From: a virus
Taxonomy: Duplodnaviria > Caudoviricetes
Direction: 5' to 3' (one strand)
IMG/VR virus record: IMGVR_UViG_3300036982_000212
Span: 1-29,699 of that record
Length of the DNA stretch: 29,699 bases
The notes beneath the pieces are model-generated. The model saw only the letters and a program-made list of their open reading frames with translations, did no database searches and was not told where the DNA came from. Shown here piece after piece: positions 14,772 to 23,184 of this stretch (position 1 is its first letter; every line of letters starts with the position of its first letter). The translations under genes were made by a program, and so were the position numbers.

Positions 14772-16459
14772 GGTACTTGAGCGTCTGCGCCGGGATTGAG
14801 GCGGCAACCTGCGCGTGGCATCACATGGGCTGGGAACCCGTCGCGTTCAGCGAGATTGAGAAGTTTCCCAGCGCCGTGTTGGCGCATCACTACCCCAACG
14901 TCCCCAACTGGGGCGACATGACCAAATTTAAGGAATGGCCTGATGCAAATATCGATGTTCTCGTCGGAGGAACTCCCTGCCAATCATTCTCAGTCGCCGG
15001 ACTCCGAAAGGGACTGGATGACCCGCGTGGCAACCTCATGCTTACCTTCCTTGCCATTGCTAAACGCTATCGGCCCCAGTGGTTGGTATGGGAGAACGTC
15101 CCCGGCGTCCTATCCAGTGAAGGAGGACGAGATTTTGCCGCACTACTTCGAGGGCTGGATGAACTCGGGTATGGGTGGGCGTACCGAGTGCTTGACGCTC
15201 AGTACTTCGGAGTGGCCCAGCGACGCCGCCGTGTGTTCGTTGTCGGATATCTTGGAGACTGGCACCGTGCCGCAGCGGTTCTTTTTGAGCGCCACAGCTT
15301 GTCAGGGCATCCTGCGCCGAGCCGACAAGCGCGGGAAGGAACTACCGCAAGCACTGCAAGCAGCACTGGAACAGGTGGCTGGCCCGCAGACGTAAGCCCG
15401 ACGTTGAACGCTTGTTTTGGCAGCAAGCAGGGTCAAGAGAATCAGCACATCAATGGTGGAGCCGGAATGTTTGTTCCGGTGGCATTTGATGCATTCAATC
15501 AGGCAGACACCGGCGACCTTTCCAAAACGGTGGCAGCCCGGAACGACCAAGACACGGCAAGCCTCGTGTCCGGGTGCTGGTGGGATGGCGGCGATACGGC
15601 GCCAACCCTTACCAAGCAAAATGCTAGCGGCGCACAGCGAATGCCTGACAAGGCCAACTTTGGGGCAGTGCTGCAACCCATCCCCTACGACCTGTACCAA
15701 ATCACCGCGCCAGTAAACCGTCAGAACCGCAAGCCGGGCGACCCGTGCCATACGCTTGCGCGAGATAACGCAGCGCACGCGGCAGTTGCCTACAACATCA
15801 CGTTTTGCGATGCCAACGGCGTCAGGTCAGACCGTCCCAACGGCGGCTTGTACGTTAACGAAACGGATGTGTCTAGCACGCTGACAAATGCGGGCGTTGG
15901 CACGAATGTTGTGCAACCAGTTGCCATCCAAGGCACGCTCATAGGTCGCGGTGAGAATGCCGGCCCGCAGGGAAGTGGCGCAGATGTCAGTGGGGCGATG
16001 TTTACGCTCACCAAGACGGATGTCCATGCGGTGGCGATTGGTACGGATTGTTTTAACGGTCAAGTCACGGGCGATGTGGCTGCGACAATGGGCACTCGCG
16101 GCAGCAGTCAAAACGCTAGCGGTCCAACAGTGATGCAGCCGGTAGCGCAATTCATCGGCGGCGTTGACTATGAAAACAATGCGCATGGTATGGATGAGGC
16201 TACTGGGCCGTTGTTGAAGGGAAGCCCAACGGGCGGTGGTCGGCCGCTGCCAGCCATTGCTACCGCAATGCAGGTACGCCGCCTTACCCCAGTGGAATGT
16301 GAGCGCCTACAAGGCTTCCCAGACGGTTACACCAACATCCCGTGGCGCGGTAAGCCTGAGTCGCCTGACGGGCCTCGGTACAAGGCACTGGGCAACAGCA
16401 TGGCTGTTCCGGTTATGCGCTGGATAGGCGAACGCATCAACAAAGTGGAGGCACTATGA
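14768..16459 (+). CDS. DNA (cytosine-5)-methyltransferase with a very long modular variable region
   Basis: Motif I (SVCAGIEA), IV (GGTPCQSFS), VI (WENVPG), VIII (QRRRRVF), IX (RRLTPVECERLQGFP) and X (YKALGNS). Confidence 0.95.
   Translation: MRYLSVCAGIEAATCAWHHMGWEPVAFSEIEKFPSAVLAHHYPNVPNWGDMTKFKEWPDANIDVLVGGTPCQSFSVAGLRKGLDDPRGNLMLTFLAIAKRYRPQWLVWENVPGVLSSEGGRDFAALLRGLDELGYGWAYRVLDAQYFGVAQRRRRVFVVGYLGDWHRAAAVLFERHSLSGHPAPSRQAREGTTASTASSTGTGGWPADVSPTLNACFGSKQGQENQHINGGAGMFVPVAFDAFNQADTGDLSKTVAARNDQDTASLVSGCWWDGGDTAPTLTKQNASGAQRMPDKANFGAVLQPIPYDLYQITAPVNRQNRKPGDPCHTLARDNAAHAAVAYNITFCDANGVRSDRPNGGLYVNETDVSSTLTNAGVGTNVVQPVAIQGTLIGRGENAGPQGSGADVSGAMFTLTKTDVHAVAIGTDCFNGQVTGDVAATMGTRGSSQNASGPTVMQPVAQFIGGVDYENNAHGMDEATGPLLKGSPTGGGRPLPAIATAMQVRRLTPVECERLQGFPDGYTNIPWRGKPESPDGPRYKALGNSMAVPVMRWIGERINKVEAL
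14943..15395 (+). CDS. Overlapping alternative-frame gene; putative methyltransferase beta subunit (M.EcoHK31I-beta-like)
   Basis: 150-codon ORF in the +1 frame with an AAGGA RBS 8 nt before its ATG. Protein-like C-terminus SLSDILETG.VPQRFFLSATACQGILRRADKRGKELPQALQAAL. Confidence 0.7.
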   Translation: MQISMFSSEELPANHSQSPDSERDWMTRVATSCLPSLPLLNAIGPSGWYGRTSPASYPVKEDEILPHYFEGWMNSGMGGRTECLTLSTSEWPSDAAVCSLSDILETGTVPQRFFLSATACQGILRRADKRGKELPQALQAALEQVAGPQT

Positions 16460-16620
16460 ACCAAGCCGACTTTGACCTACTAGACCGCATGGCAAACATG
16501 GAAGCCCGGCTCCGCGCCTTGCAGGCCGAACTGGAGCGCGTGGTTATCGACAACCACTTTCTCCGCGAGGAGAACGAGGCGCTGCGGCGCAACGTACACA
16601 AGCCGGAGGTGCTGCGATGA
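16456..16620 (+). CDS. Small coiled-coil protein (54 aa)
   Basis: Below the ORF-track cutoff. GGAGG RBS, ATGA coupling; MNQADFDLLDRMANMEARLRALQAELERVVIDNHFLREENEALRRN... Confidence 0.7.
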   Translation: MNQADFDLLDRMANMEARLRALQAELERVVIDNHFLREENEALRRNVHKPEVLR

Positions 16621-16742
16621 CTGAGTTAGAACTGTTTGGGTACGCCGTGGTTGCCGCTACCAGCATCTGCGTGGCGGTGTGGTTGACGGCAGCGGCGTAC
16701 ATCGTGCTGTCGGTGTGGGAGTGGGCGAGGAGAAGGGCGTGA
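16617..16742 (+). CDS. Small membrane protein (41 aa)
   Basis: GGAGG RBS, coupled at both ends; MTELELFGYAVVAATSICVAVWLTAAAYIVLSVWEWARRRA. Confidence 0.65.
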   Translation: MTELELFGYAVVAATSICVAVWLTAAAYIVLSVWEWARRRA

Positions 16743-17047
16743 AAGCCTGCACCACCTGCCGGGTAATGAAGCCGCTAACGGACTACCGTGACAACGGACG
16801 GGGTGGTCCTCGCGCCCAGTGCCGAGACTGCGGCAACGTAGACCGTGCGCGGTACAAGTCGCTCAAGGCCAAGCCTGTTACCACCAAGCAGGCGGTGCTG
16901 GATGCGAAGAAGGAGTACTACCGGCGGCGCAGGGCGATAGAGAGGCTGCGCTCGGGTAAGTTTGTGGGCGATGGCCCGTGCTGGGTCTGTCGCAACCAGG
17001 CGGTAGGTGAGACGCCCTACCGCCTGTGTATTGTGTGCTTGGGCTAG
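16739..17047 (+). CDS. Basic zinc-finger protein (four CxxC pairs)
   Basis: GTG 16739; CTTC, CRDC, CWVC and CIVC. Confidence 0.7.
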   Translation: MKACTTCRVMKPLTDYRDNGRGGPRAQCRDCGNVDRARYKSLKAKPVTTKQAVLDAKKEYYRRRRAIERLRSGKFVGDGPCWVCRNQAVGETPYRLCIVCLG

Positions 17048-17460
17048 GCCTTGCCCTTCACGCGCTCTACAGAACGGTAAGCGCCAAGGCCCAACATACC
17101 GAACAGCAGCCCGTACAGGTCGCCCAGTTGCAGCACGGGCGGCGCAGGCCAGCCCTGTATGCCGCTAGACCATGCGGCTAGGGGCTGAAATAGGAACTGG
17201 TACGCCAAGCCTGCCACGCAAACCCAGCCTGCGGCGGGCCGCCACCCTCCACGGAATGCGTCCGGTGCAGCGGCTTCCACCTTGTTGATTTCAGTCTGCG
17301 CTAGTGCCAGTTGCAGGTCGGCTTCCAGCACTCTGAACTCACCGGCCTGCTGAAGTTTTAGCAACTCCAACTGAGCAGCGGCTTTCTGGGCAGGGTCAGG
17401 CAGGACACGGTCCAGTACCTTCAGCCCAGCATCAAGCAACCCGCCGATAAGTGGTGTCAT
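17044..17460 (-). CDS. Holin (GTA 3TM-holin-like)
   Basis: LDRVLPDP...GGWRPAAGWVC...LLFGMLGLGAYRSVERVKG; adjacent to the endolysin. Confidence 0.8.
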   Translation of the reverse strand: MTPLIGGLLDAGLKVLDRVLPDPAQKAAAQLELLKLQQAGEFRVLEADLQLALAQTEINKVEAAAPDAFRGGWRPAAGWVCVAGLAYQFLFQPLAAWSSGIQGWPAPPVLQLGDLYGLLFGMLGLGAYRSVERVKGKA

Positions 17461-17924
17461 TTGGAAGCCTCCAGTGCGACGGCAAAGGTACGCCTGAGCC
17501 AGCCCTTGCCAAAGGTGTCGAACCCACGGATGCCGGTGTAGGCAATGGCACGCTCGGTAGAGAACCGCACCACGGCCTCTGGGAGGCGATTAGCGGCGGC
17601 AATGGTGTTGCCCCCCATCACGCCATCCTGAGCAACGCCACAGGCTCTCTGGAGCAGCCGGATAGCCTTGTCACGGCCCATGTTTACGGCGCAGTCAAAC
17701 ACGCACAGGGCTAGCGGGGCGGGAATCTCGTCTGTCCGCAGTTTGTCCCAGTAGTCGCGGCGGTAGATGGCCTTAGCCTCGTCCTCGGTCAGGCGCAGGA
17801 TGTCTACGTCGGGGTAGGCACGCTTGCTGATGCCGAAGCGGGTCTCTCCGCCTGGGTCGCGGGGGTCGTTGACATAGCCGCCCTCATGCTTGAGGACCAT
17901 CGCAACGGCCTGCTCAAAACTCAC
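17457..17924 (-). CDS. Endolysin, glycoside hydrolase family 108, with a C-terminal peptidoglycan-binding region
   Basis: HEGGYVNDPRDPGGETRFGIS, FDCAVNMG, DGVMG..T and FGKGWLRR. Confidence 0.95.
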   Translation of the reverse strand: MSFEQAVAMVLKHEGGYVNDPRDPGGETRFGISKRAYPDVDILRLTEDEAKAIYRRDYWDKLRTDEIPAPLALCVFDCAVNMGRDKAIRLLQRACGVAQDGVMGGNTIAAANRLPEAVVRFSTERAIAYTGIRGFDTFGKGWLRRTFAVALEASK

Positions 17925-18157
17925 TTATCCACCTTGCTGTTGAGCTGGTTGAATATCTTGTCCAGCATCCCCTTCACCTCGGTGATGTCCACGCGGTAAT
18001 CATCCTTACGGACAAACTTCTCGGAGGCATCCAACTGGTGCTGCATGATGCTCTTCTCTAGCGCAGTGTGGTTGTCCCATAGCATCCGTAGGAACCAACC
18101 GGCAACGGAGACGGCGATGGCGAGAAGGGCTTGAAACAGGCTTAGGGCTTCCATCAT
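17921..18157 (-). CDS. Small membrane-anchored coiled-coil protein of the lysis cassette
   Basis: N-terminal hydrophobic helix, then FVRKDDYRVDITEVKGMLDKIF; tandem Met-Met start; directly upstream of the endolysin. Confidence 0.7.
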   Translation of the reverse strand: MMEALSLFQALLAIAVSVAGWFLRMLWDNHTALEKSIMQHQLDASEKFVRKDDYRVDITEVKGMLDKIFNQLNSKVDK

Positions 18158-19860
18158 TGCTCCGCGATAGGACGCGCAATCAAGGCGTTGTAAAGGTAAG
18201 GGTCCATTTCCGGCGCTTCGGCAAATGCGCGGCGAGTGGGGCCGGGAACAGACGCAAGTGCATTACGCTGCGCTCTGTTTGACAGCAGATACCGCTGCGA
18301 CAGCGACCTAGCAGCGGCAGGAGCCACAGCACCTAACGCGCCGCCGGGAAGCCCGGCAACAAGCGTACCAAGTAAGCCGGTGACCGTAGGCGCGCCAAAA
18401 CGATTGATTACGCCGGGCGTACCGATTGAACCTGGCACTGCGGAGTTTACGTTGGGGAACGTGCTAGCAAACTGCGCCGCCGTTCGAAGGTCGCCCGTCA
18501 GTTTGCCTTTGCTTCTGTTTAACTCTGCCGCCAACTTTTTAGCGTCTATTGAACCAGTACCTTCGCGCATAGCGTCTTCTAGCGTGTAACTTATTGCCAT
18601 TCGCTCACGAGCAGCGCGGAAGTCCGCAAGCATTTTAGCGCCCTGCTGACCAGTGCCAGCAAGATGACGCTCAATTTGGTCTTCTAACGCTTTCGCCACA
18701 GCACGGTTTGCCTTGGCAATGTCAGGCTCTCCCTTACGGAATGCTGCCGACGCATTGTCCCGCAAAGACTGTATGCGCTTCATGGCATCTTGCGCGTCAA
18801 AATTGTTGACTAAATTGTCGTCAATGATTTTGCGAACGCTACCGGGTACTGCGTCAGGAAACGATTTTGCTGCGCCAGTGAACTTATCTTCAATATCCTG
18901 CATTGCAGTCAAATAGTCGTTATCAACGGGAACTTGGCCCACCTTTGCTACTGGCTCATATCCTTTTGCCGCTGCTTCAGCGCGCACGGCTTTCATTGTG
19001 TCTGGGGTAAGTTCGTCAGTTTCGCCAATACCTACTGCACGGCGCGCCAATTTGTCAGTTACCTTTTGGTTCTTAGCCGCCGCAATCTGCTGCAACTCGG
19101 TCTTGCCTGCCGCCTGTTCCAAGGCGCGGTTGACCATGTTGGGTTTGACGTTGCCGGGAGGAACAGCGTATCCCTCCGCTTGAGCCGCACGAAACGTGGC
19201 GTCTCGCACAGCGTTTTGAGCGTTAGCCGTATCGCGGGCGGCAACAATTTTCTGTTGCCTTGCGGTAATAGCACTAGGAAGCGCCACGCCTACTGCCATG
19301 CCAGCCAACGGGCTATCAGTAACTTGCGAGGTGGTTTCACCGGCAAATCCGCCCATGCCCGCCCGAAGCGCGTTGACGGACGCTTGCCTAACTGACTGCG
19401 CCGGAGACAACGCACCGCCGGTCAAAGCCTGCAAAGTAGTATCAAGGATTTGCTGCCTCGCTGACATATTATTGGTGTCACGGATAAGCCCTTGCTGCCG
19501 CAAAAAGTTGGTTACCGGCGTTGACGGCTCCTGAACTTCGGGTGCAAGGTCAGGACGACCAAACGCTGTAGCCGCCGTGCCAAATGCCGCTTTACCAAGG
19601 TTGTAGATGTTTTGCGGCGTGCCGTAGATGGCATCGGGGATAGCCGCTAACGCCTTGTATGGCGCGCTGATAGCAACATCTAGCGTAGATGGACGCTTAG
19701 GACCGGCGGGCTTTGCTGGCTTTGCTGACGCGGGCGCGGGCGCACCAAGATGAGGGTTTTGGCGAAGTATCTCCGCTTTTACCTGTGCATCATTTGCACC
19801 TTCTGGGCCTTCAATTTCGTAGGTGTTGCCATCCGGCGCACGCATTTGATAAACGGGCAT
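18154..19860 (-). CDS. Putative DNA ejection/internal virion protein (P22 gp16 position)
   Basis: 568 aa, Ala/Gly-rich and helical; N-terminus APDGNTYEIEGPEGA; last of three ejection-type genes. Confidence 0.65.
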   Translation of the reverse strand: MPVYQMRAPDGNTYEIEGPEGANDAQVKAEILRQNPHLGAPAPASAKPAKPAGPKRPSTLDVAISAPYKALAAIPDAIYGTPQNIYNLGKAAFGTAATAFGRPDLAPEVQEPSTPVTNFLRQQGLIRDTNNMSARQQILDTTLQALTGGALSPAQSVRQASVNALRAGMGGFAGETTSQVTDSPLAGMAVGVALPSAITARQQKIVAARDTANAQNAVRDATFRAAQAEGYAVPPGNVKPNMVNRALEQAAGKTELQQIAAAKNQKVTDKLARRAVGIGETDELTPDTMKAVRAEAAAKGYEPVAKVGQVPVDNDYLTAMQDIEDKFTGAAKSFPDAVPGSVRKIIDDNLVNNFDAQDAMKRIQSLRDNASAAFRKGEPDIAKANRAVAKALEDQIERHLAGTGQQGAKMLADFRAARERMAISYTLEDAMREGTGSIDAKKLAAELNRSKGKLTGDLRTAAQFASTFPNVNSAVPGSIGTPGVINRFGAPTVTGLLGTLVAGLPGGALGAVAPAAARSLSQRYLLSNRAQRNALASVPGPTRRAFAEAPEMDPYLYNALIARPIAEQ

Positions 19861-19869
19861 GACGATTCC

Positions 19870-20988
19870 TTATTTTTTAATGGTCGCCTTGCCCCACCCA
19901 TCTCCACCGCTGTTTGTAGGGGCAGCGGAGGCAGGGGGTGCGCCAACGTCAAGTCCAAGCCCGTATAAGGCGTTCAGGTTTTCTAGCGCAGCAAGGTTGG
20001 CGTCAATGTCAGCGGTGTCTGGGTTAGTAGCCGTGTCCAAGAACAACTTGAGTTCCACGTTACTGTTCATTTGCTGCGCCGACATACCAGTAGCCTGCTT
20101 GATGGCATTAACCAACAGCGGGCGCATATTCTTAATCTTGGTACGCTCAGACTGCGCCGTGGTGCCAATAGCCCCTTCAACGGCCTGCGCCATGCCAGTG
20201 CCTCGCAAACGAGCGCCAATGTTACCTAGTACATCGCCGCCAGGCTGAACCGCCGCGCCTTCTGTGCGTAGCGTTTCGTAAGCGCCGCGCATCTTGTCAA
20301 TGATGGTGCTAAGTTGCTGCTTACCCGGCAAGTTTTTATCCGCCGTCGCCGCGCCAGCGCCAAGTCGCGCTTCCGCTGCTTCGTTAACAGCAGCGTTGCG
20401 TTGGGCAACAGTAAGTTGGCCCCGAGAGATTTCGCGCCCAGCCGCACGGTCTGTCGCCATAGACTGCTGTTCGGCAGTCATGCGATGCTGCGCCACCATA
20501 TCTTTGGCGGTAGTCATCAAATTAAGCACGCCTTCTTTTGACCACGGCGGCATACGGTCTGCCATAGCAGGGTCACGGCTGCGAACAAACTCAACTACGC
20601 GGGCGTATTGGTTTGGGTCATTAACAGCCGCAGGCATCATGGCTTGAGCAGCTTCTAGCGTTTTTGCTTCATACTCGGCTTGCTTTACTTTTGTTTCTGA
20701 CCGATAGCGGTCTCGCTCGGCTAACTTTGCAGCCATGTCAATACCGGGCTGACCAAAGCGAGGCAACTGCTTTTGCACGTCTTCAGCGTAGGGGTCTTCT
20801 GCAGACTGCATAAAGTTAAGCAGTTCAGACTGACGCCGCTGGTTTGTTTGAGCAGTTGCCATTTCCTGTTCAGCAAGCGCATTCTGCCGCTGCATGGACT
20901 GCAACTTCAGTGCGTTGCCATACAGTTCCATTGGCTGCGCCATTTGCGGAGCCTGTGCGCCAAGCGCAATACGAGCATCAATTGGCAT
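19870..20988 (-). CDS. Putative DNA ejection protein (P22 gp20 position)
   Basis: 372 aa, Ala/Gln-rich and helical; MPIDARIALG N-terminus; gene order. Confidence 0.65.
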   Translation of the reverse strand: MPIDARIALGAQAPQMAQPMELYGNALKLQSMQRQNALAEQEMATAQTNQRRQSELLNFMQSAEDPYAEDVQKQLPRFGQPGIDMAAKLAERDRYRSETKVKQAEYEAKTLEAAQAMMPAAVNDPNQYARVVEFVRSRDPAMADRMPPWSKEGVLNLMTTAKDMVAQHRMTAEQQSMATDRAAGREISRGQLTVAQRNAAVNEAAEARLGAGAATADKNLPGKQQLSTIIDKMRGAYETLRTEGAAVQPGGDVLGNIGARLRGTGMAQAVEGAIGTTAQSERTKIKNMRPLLVNAIKQATGMSAQQMNSNVELKLFLDTATNPDTADIDANLAALENLNALYGLGLDVGAPPASAAPTNSGGDGWGKATIKK

Positions 20989-20991
20989 AAC

Positions 20992-21750
20992 TTAACCCCC
21001 CAGCATCGGGTCTTTCCACGCATTCCAGCCAGATTGAATGGCTGCACCTTGCGCGGGAGACGCATATGGATTTAATCTATTAAGCATCTGCTGCTGGGCA
21101 AAGTAATTGCCAATGCTACCAGCCGCTTGACTCATTGCATTGCCCTGCCCAACGTAGCCGGATGCGCGAGCGTTTCCCGCTTGCATATAAGCATCGCCCG
21201 CCGCGTTAGCGTAATTTGCGGAAGCCGCATTTTGCGCGTTAGTTGCGTTAGCGCCTGCCGTCTGCTGGCCCGTCAGCATCTGATACCGCTGGCTGCGGTT
21301 CTGATTGTAGCGGTTGTAGGCGTTCTGGTATTCCTGAGAAGCCATGTCTTGCCCATACCGCCCAGCAGCCTTTAGCGCCTGACCAGACATCATCTTGCCG
21401 CGCATAGCGGCAGTGCGGTCGAGCGATTTTAGCCCCTCCTGTAAACGGAAGGCGTAACCAGGGTCCGCCTGAAAGTCCTCCGTAGAAAAATCGCGCAGCA
21501 TATTGCCGTAGCCCTGCGAGGCGGCATCACCCCCCAAGCCAAACTGGCGCATAAGTTCATCAGTGGTTTTTAAGCCAGCCTGACGGAACGGTTCTTGCCG
21601 GTTTACTTGGTCGTAATACTGCTCGCGCTCCAACTGAGCTGCTTGGTCAGCGGCTTGCCTTTGCGCTTTAGCGGCTTTGCCTGCCGCACTAGATGCCGCG
21701 ACTCCGCCAATGACGGCGCTACCAACAATTGCGGTTGCTATGCCTGACAT
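20992..21750 (-). CDS. DNA transfer/ejection protein (P22 gp7-like)
   Basis: Hydrophobic Gly/Ala N-terminus, AAKAQRQAA, EPFRQAG and DPGYAFRLQEG motifs. Confidence 0.8.
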   Translation of the reverse strand: MSGIATAIVGSAVIGGVAASSAAGKAAKAQRQAADQAAQLEREQYYDQVNRQEPFRQAGLKTTDELMRQFGLGGDAASQGYGNMLRDFSTEDFQADPGYAFRLQEGLKSLDRTAAMRGKMMSGQALKAAGRYGQDMASQEYQNAYNRYNQNRSQRYQMLTGQQTAGANATNAQNAASANYANAAGDAYMQAGNARASGYVGQGNAMSQAAGSIGNYFAQQQMLNRLNPYASPAQGAAIQSGWNAWKDPMLGG

Positions 21751-22610
21751 AAAAACTCCTTAGCCTTAAACTGTATGCCCGATAGGGCCAAGGCTTTCCT
21801 GTAGTCAATAGTGATTTCAGCGCCCAACTCACCGCCCTTGCACCCCGCGATGTCACGCAGCGCAACAAGGTCAATGTCGCCATTCTCTAGCGGAATCATC
21901 ATCGCGTTAGGCGTAAGCGAGTGATTGACGTACCTGCCAGCCTGAGTTCGCAGCCCGGCAAGCCGAGCAGGGCAAATCAAGTCACCAGATTCAAACGCCA
22001 CAGTGGCAAACAAACCTTTGCCCTCAATGGCAGAGTCAGACACCATGACGCTAGTGCAAGGCACTCGGGTTTGGTCGTCAACATTCTCTGACTGTTTGCG
22101 GGCGGTTTCATGGGGGATGCCGCACTGAGACAGCAAATCGAGGTAATCCTGACGGTCAGCAGCGCGAGAAAGGCTTTCCTCGGCTAGTTTAACTGCCGCT
22201 TGCTCTTGCCACGCATCGCTCTTTTCAATGAAATGCGCCTCCACAGCGGCGGCATCGGTAAGGTCAGTGGCGTAAATGTTCTGCCACAAAACATCTTCCA
22301 GAACGTACCCAATTTTGCGACCGGGTTGGCCCACAAACGTCAGCGGCGCGGACAAAGTGGTAGTGCTGCCGTTGTCGTTCAGCATTACTACTTTGCCCGT
22401 CAGCATGACGTTCATGTGAGGGAACTTTTGCTTATGCCCAACGGCTAAAGCGCCCGCAGGCAAAAACACCTGCCGAATAGCAATACCGGGCGCAAAGTAA
22501 TGCACCACAGGGCAATCAACTTGGGGCATGGAAAGCATAGCGGACTCGGCTTGCTCGACGCTTTCATAGGTCTGCAAGGCGTGCATCGCCGTTTCCATTA
22601 GTTCGCTCAC
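21738..22610 (-). CDS. Cupin-like domain fused to a SET-domain (putative protein lysine methyltransferase)
   Basis: N-terminal CPVVHYFAPGIAIRQVFLPAG.LAVGHKQKFPHMNVMLTGKV (double-stranded beta-helix-like). C-terminal SAIEGKGLFA, RYVNHSLTPN, LVALRDI and GAEITIDY (SET signatures). Confidence 0.85.
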   Translation of the reverse strand: MSELMETAMHALQTYESVEQAESAMLSMPQVDCPVVHYFAPGIAIRQVFLPAGALAVGHKQKFPHMNVMLTGKVVMLNDNGSTTTLSAPLTFVGQPGRKIGYVLEDVLWQNIYATDLTDAAAVEAHFIEKSDAWQEQAAVKLAEESLSRAADRQDYLDLLSQCGIPHETARKQSENVDDQTRVPCTSVMVSDSAIEGKGLFATVAFESGDLICPARLAGLRTQAGRYVNHSLTPNAMMIPLENGDIDLVALRDIAGCKGGELGAEITIDYRKALALSGIQFKAKEFLCQA

Positions 22611-22942
22611 GTCACTTCCCGCCCGTTGGACCGGATGTTGATAGCCGAGGCCGTACCCGCGATGGTCGAGATGAACCCGCTGGGAGCAAGCGCCTGGCCG
22701 ACAATCTCAGGGAAGGTGTAGGTTTCCGCAGGCTGCAGCGTCTTGGTCTTCACGATGAGGTTCTGGTTACCCGCCGTGTCTGCCCCGGTGACGAGGTTCA
22801 CGGACAGGGTAGCCGCCGCTGCCGAGTAATTGGTAGCGGTGAACTTGTCGATGATGGCCGTCACGCCGGTAGCCGTGTACTGGGTAGTCTGGCTGTTCTC
22901 CGCAATCTTGGCGGGAATCAGCACTTTTACGTTTACGGTCAC
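22607..22942 (-). CDS. Small beta-rich virion/tail protein (111 aa)
   Basis: Thr/Ala-rich, coupled at both ends, within the tail module. Confidence 0.75.
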   Translation of the reverse strand: MTVNVKVLIPAKIAENSQTTQYTATGVTAIIDKFTATNYSAAAATLSVNLVTGADTAGNQNLIVKTKTLQPAETYTFPEIVGQALAPSGFISTIAGTASAINIRSNGREVT

Positions 22943-23184
22943 AGCAGATTCCTTATGTATTCAACGACGAAGCCGACAGCGGTTGCGCCGCACCCGCCGT
23001 AAATAGTAGCCCACATATCCTCGGGGTCATAGGTTCCCAGCCCAGTTTTCTTGTCCCGGCGCTCCTTGTAGTACCCCAAAAGGGCGGCGAACACCAGTGC
23101 GAAGATGTTGAACAGCGGGTAGAGGCTAGCCGCGACCGCCCAACCGGCGAGGAAGTGGATGATTTTGTCTAGTTGGAGGCGCAT
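22939..23184 (-). CDS. Small membrane protein with DKxxH...KE..D...D..D motif (VanZ/YfiM-like)
   Basis: ATG 23184 overlaps the tailspike stop (TAATG); DKIIHFLAG, YYKERRD and YDPEDMWAT, with hydrophobic segments. Confidence 0.65.
   Translation of the reverse strand: MRLQLDKIIHFLAGWAVAASLYPLFNIFALVFAALLGYYKERRDKKTGLGTYDPEDMWATIYGGCGATAVGFVVEYIRNLL

Noticed and set aside
15320-16270. Methyltransferase insert as an intein or intron
   Set aside because: No Cys/Ser start with a His-Asn end, no homing-endonuclease motifs, and the frame stays open; it sits at the normal TRD position.
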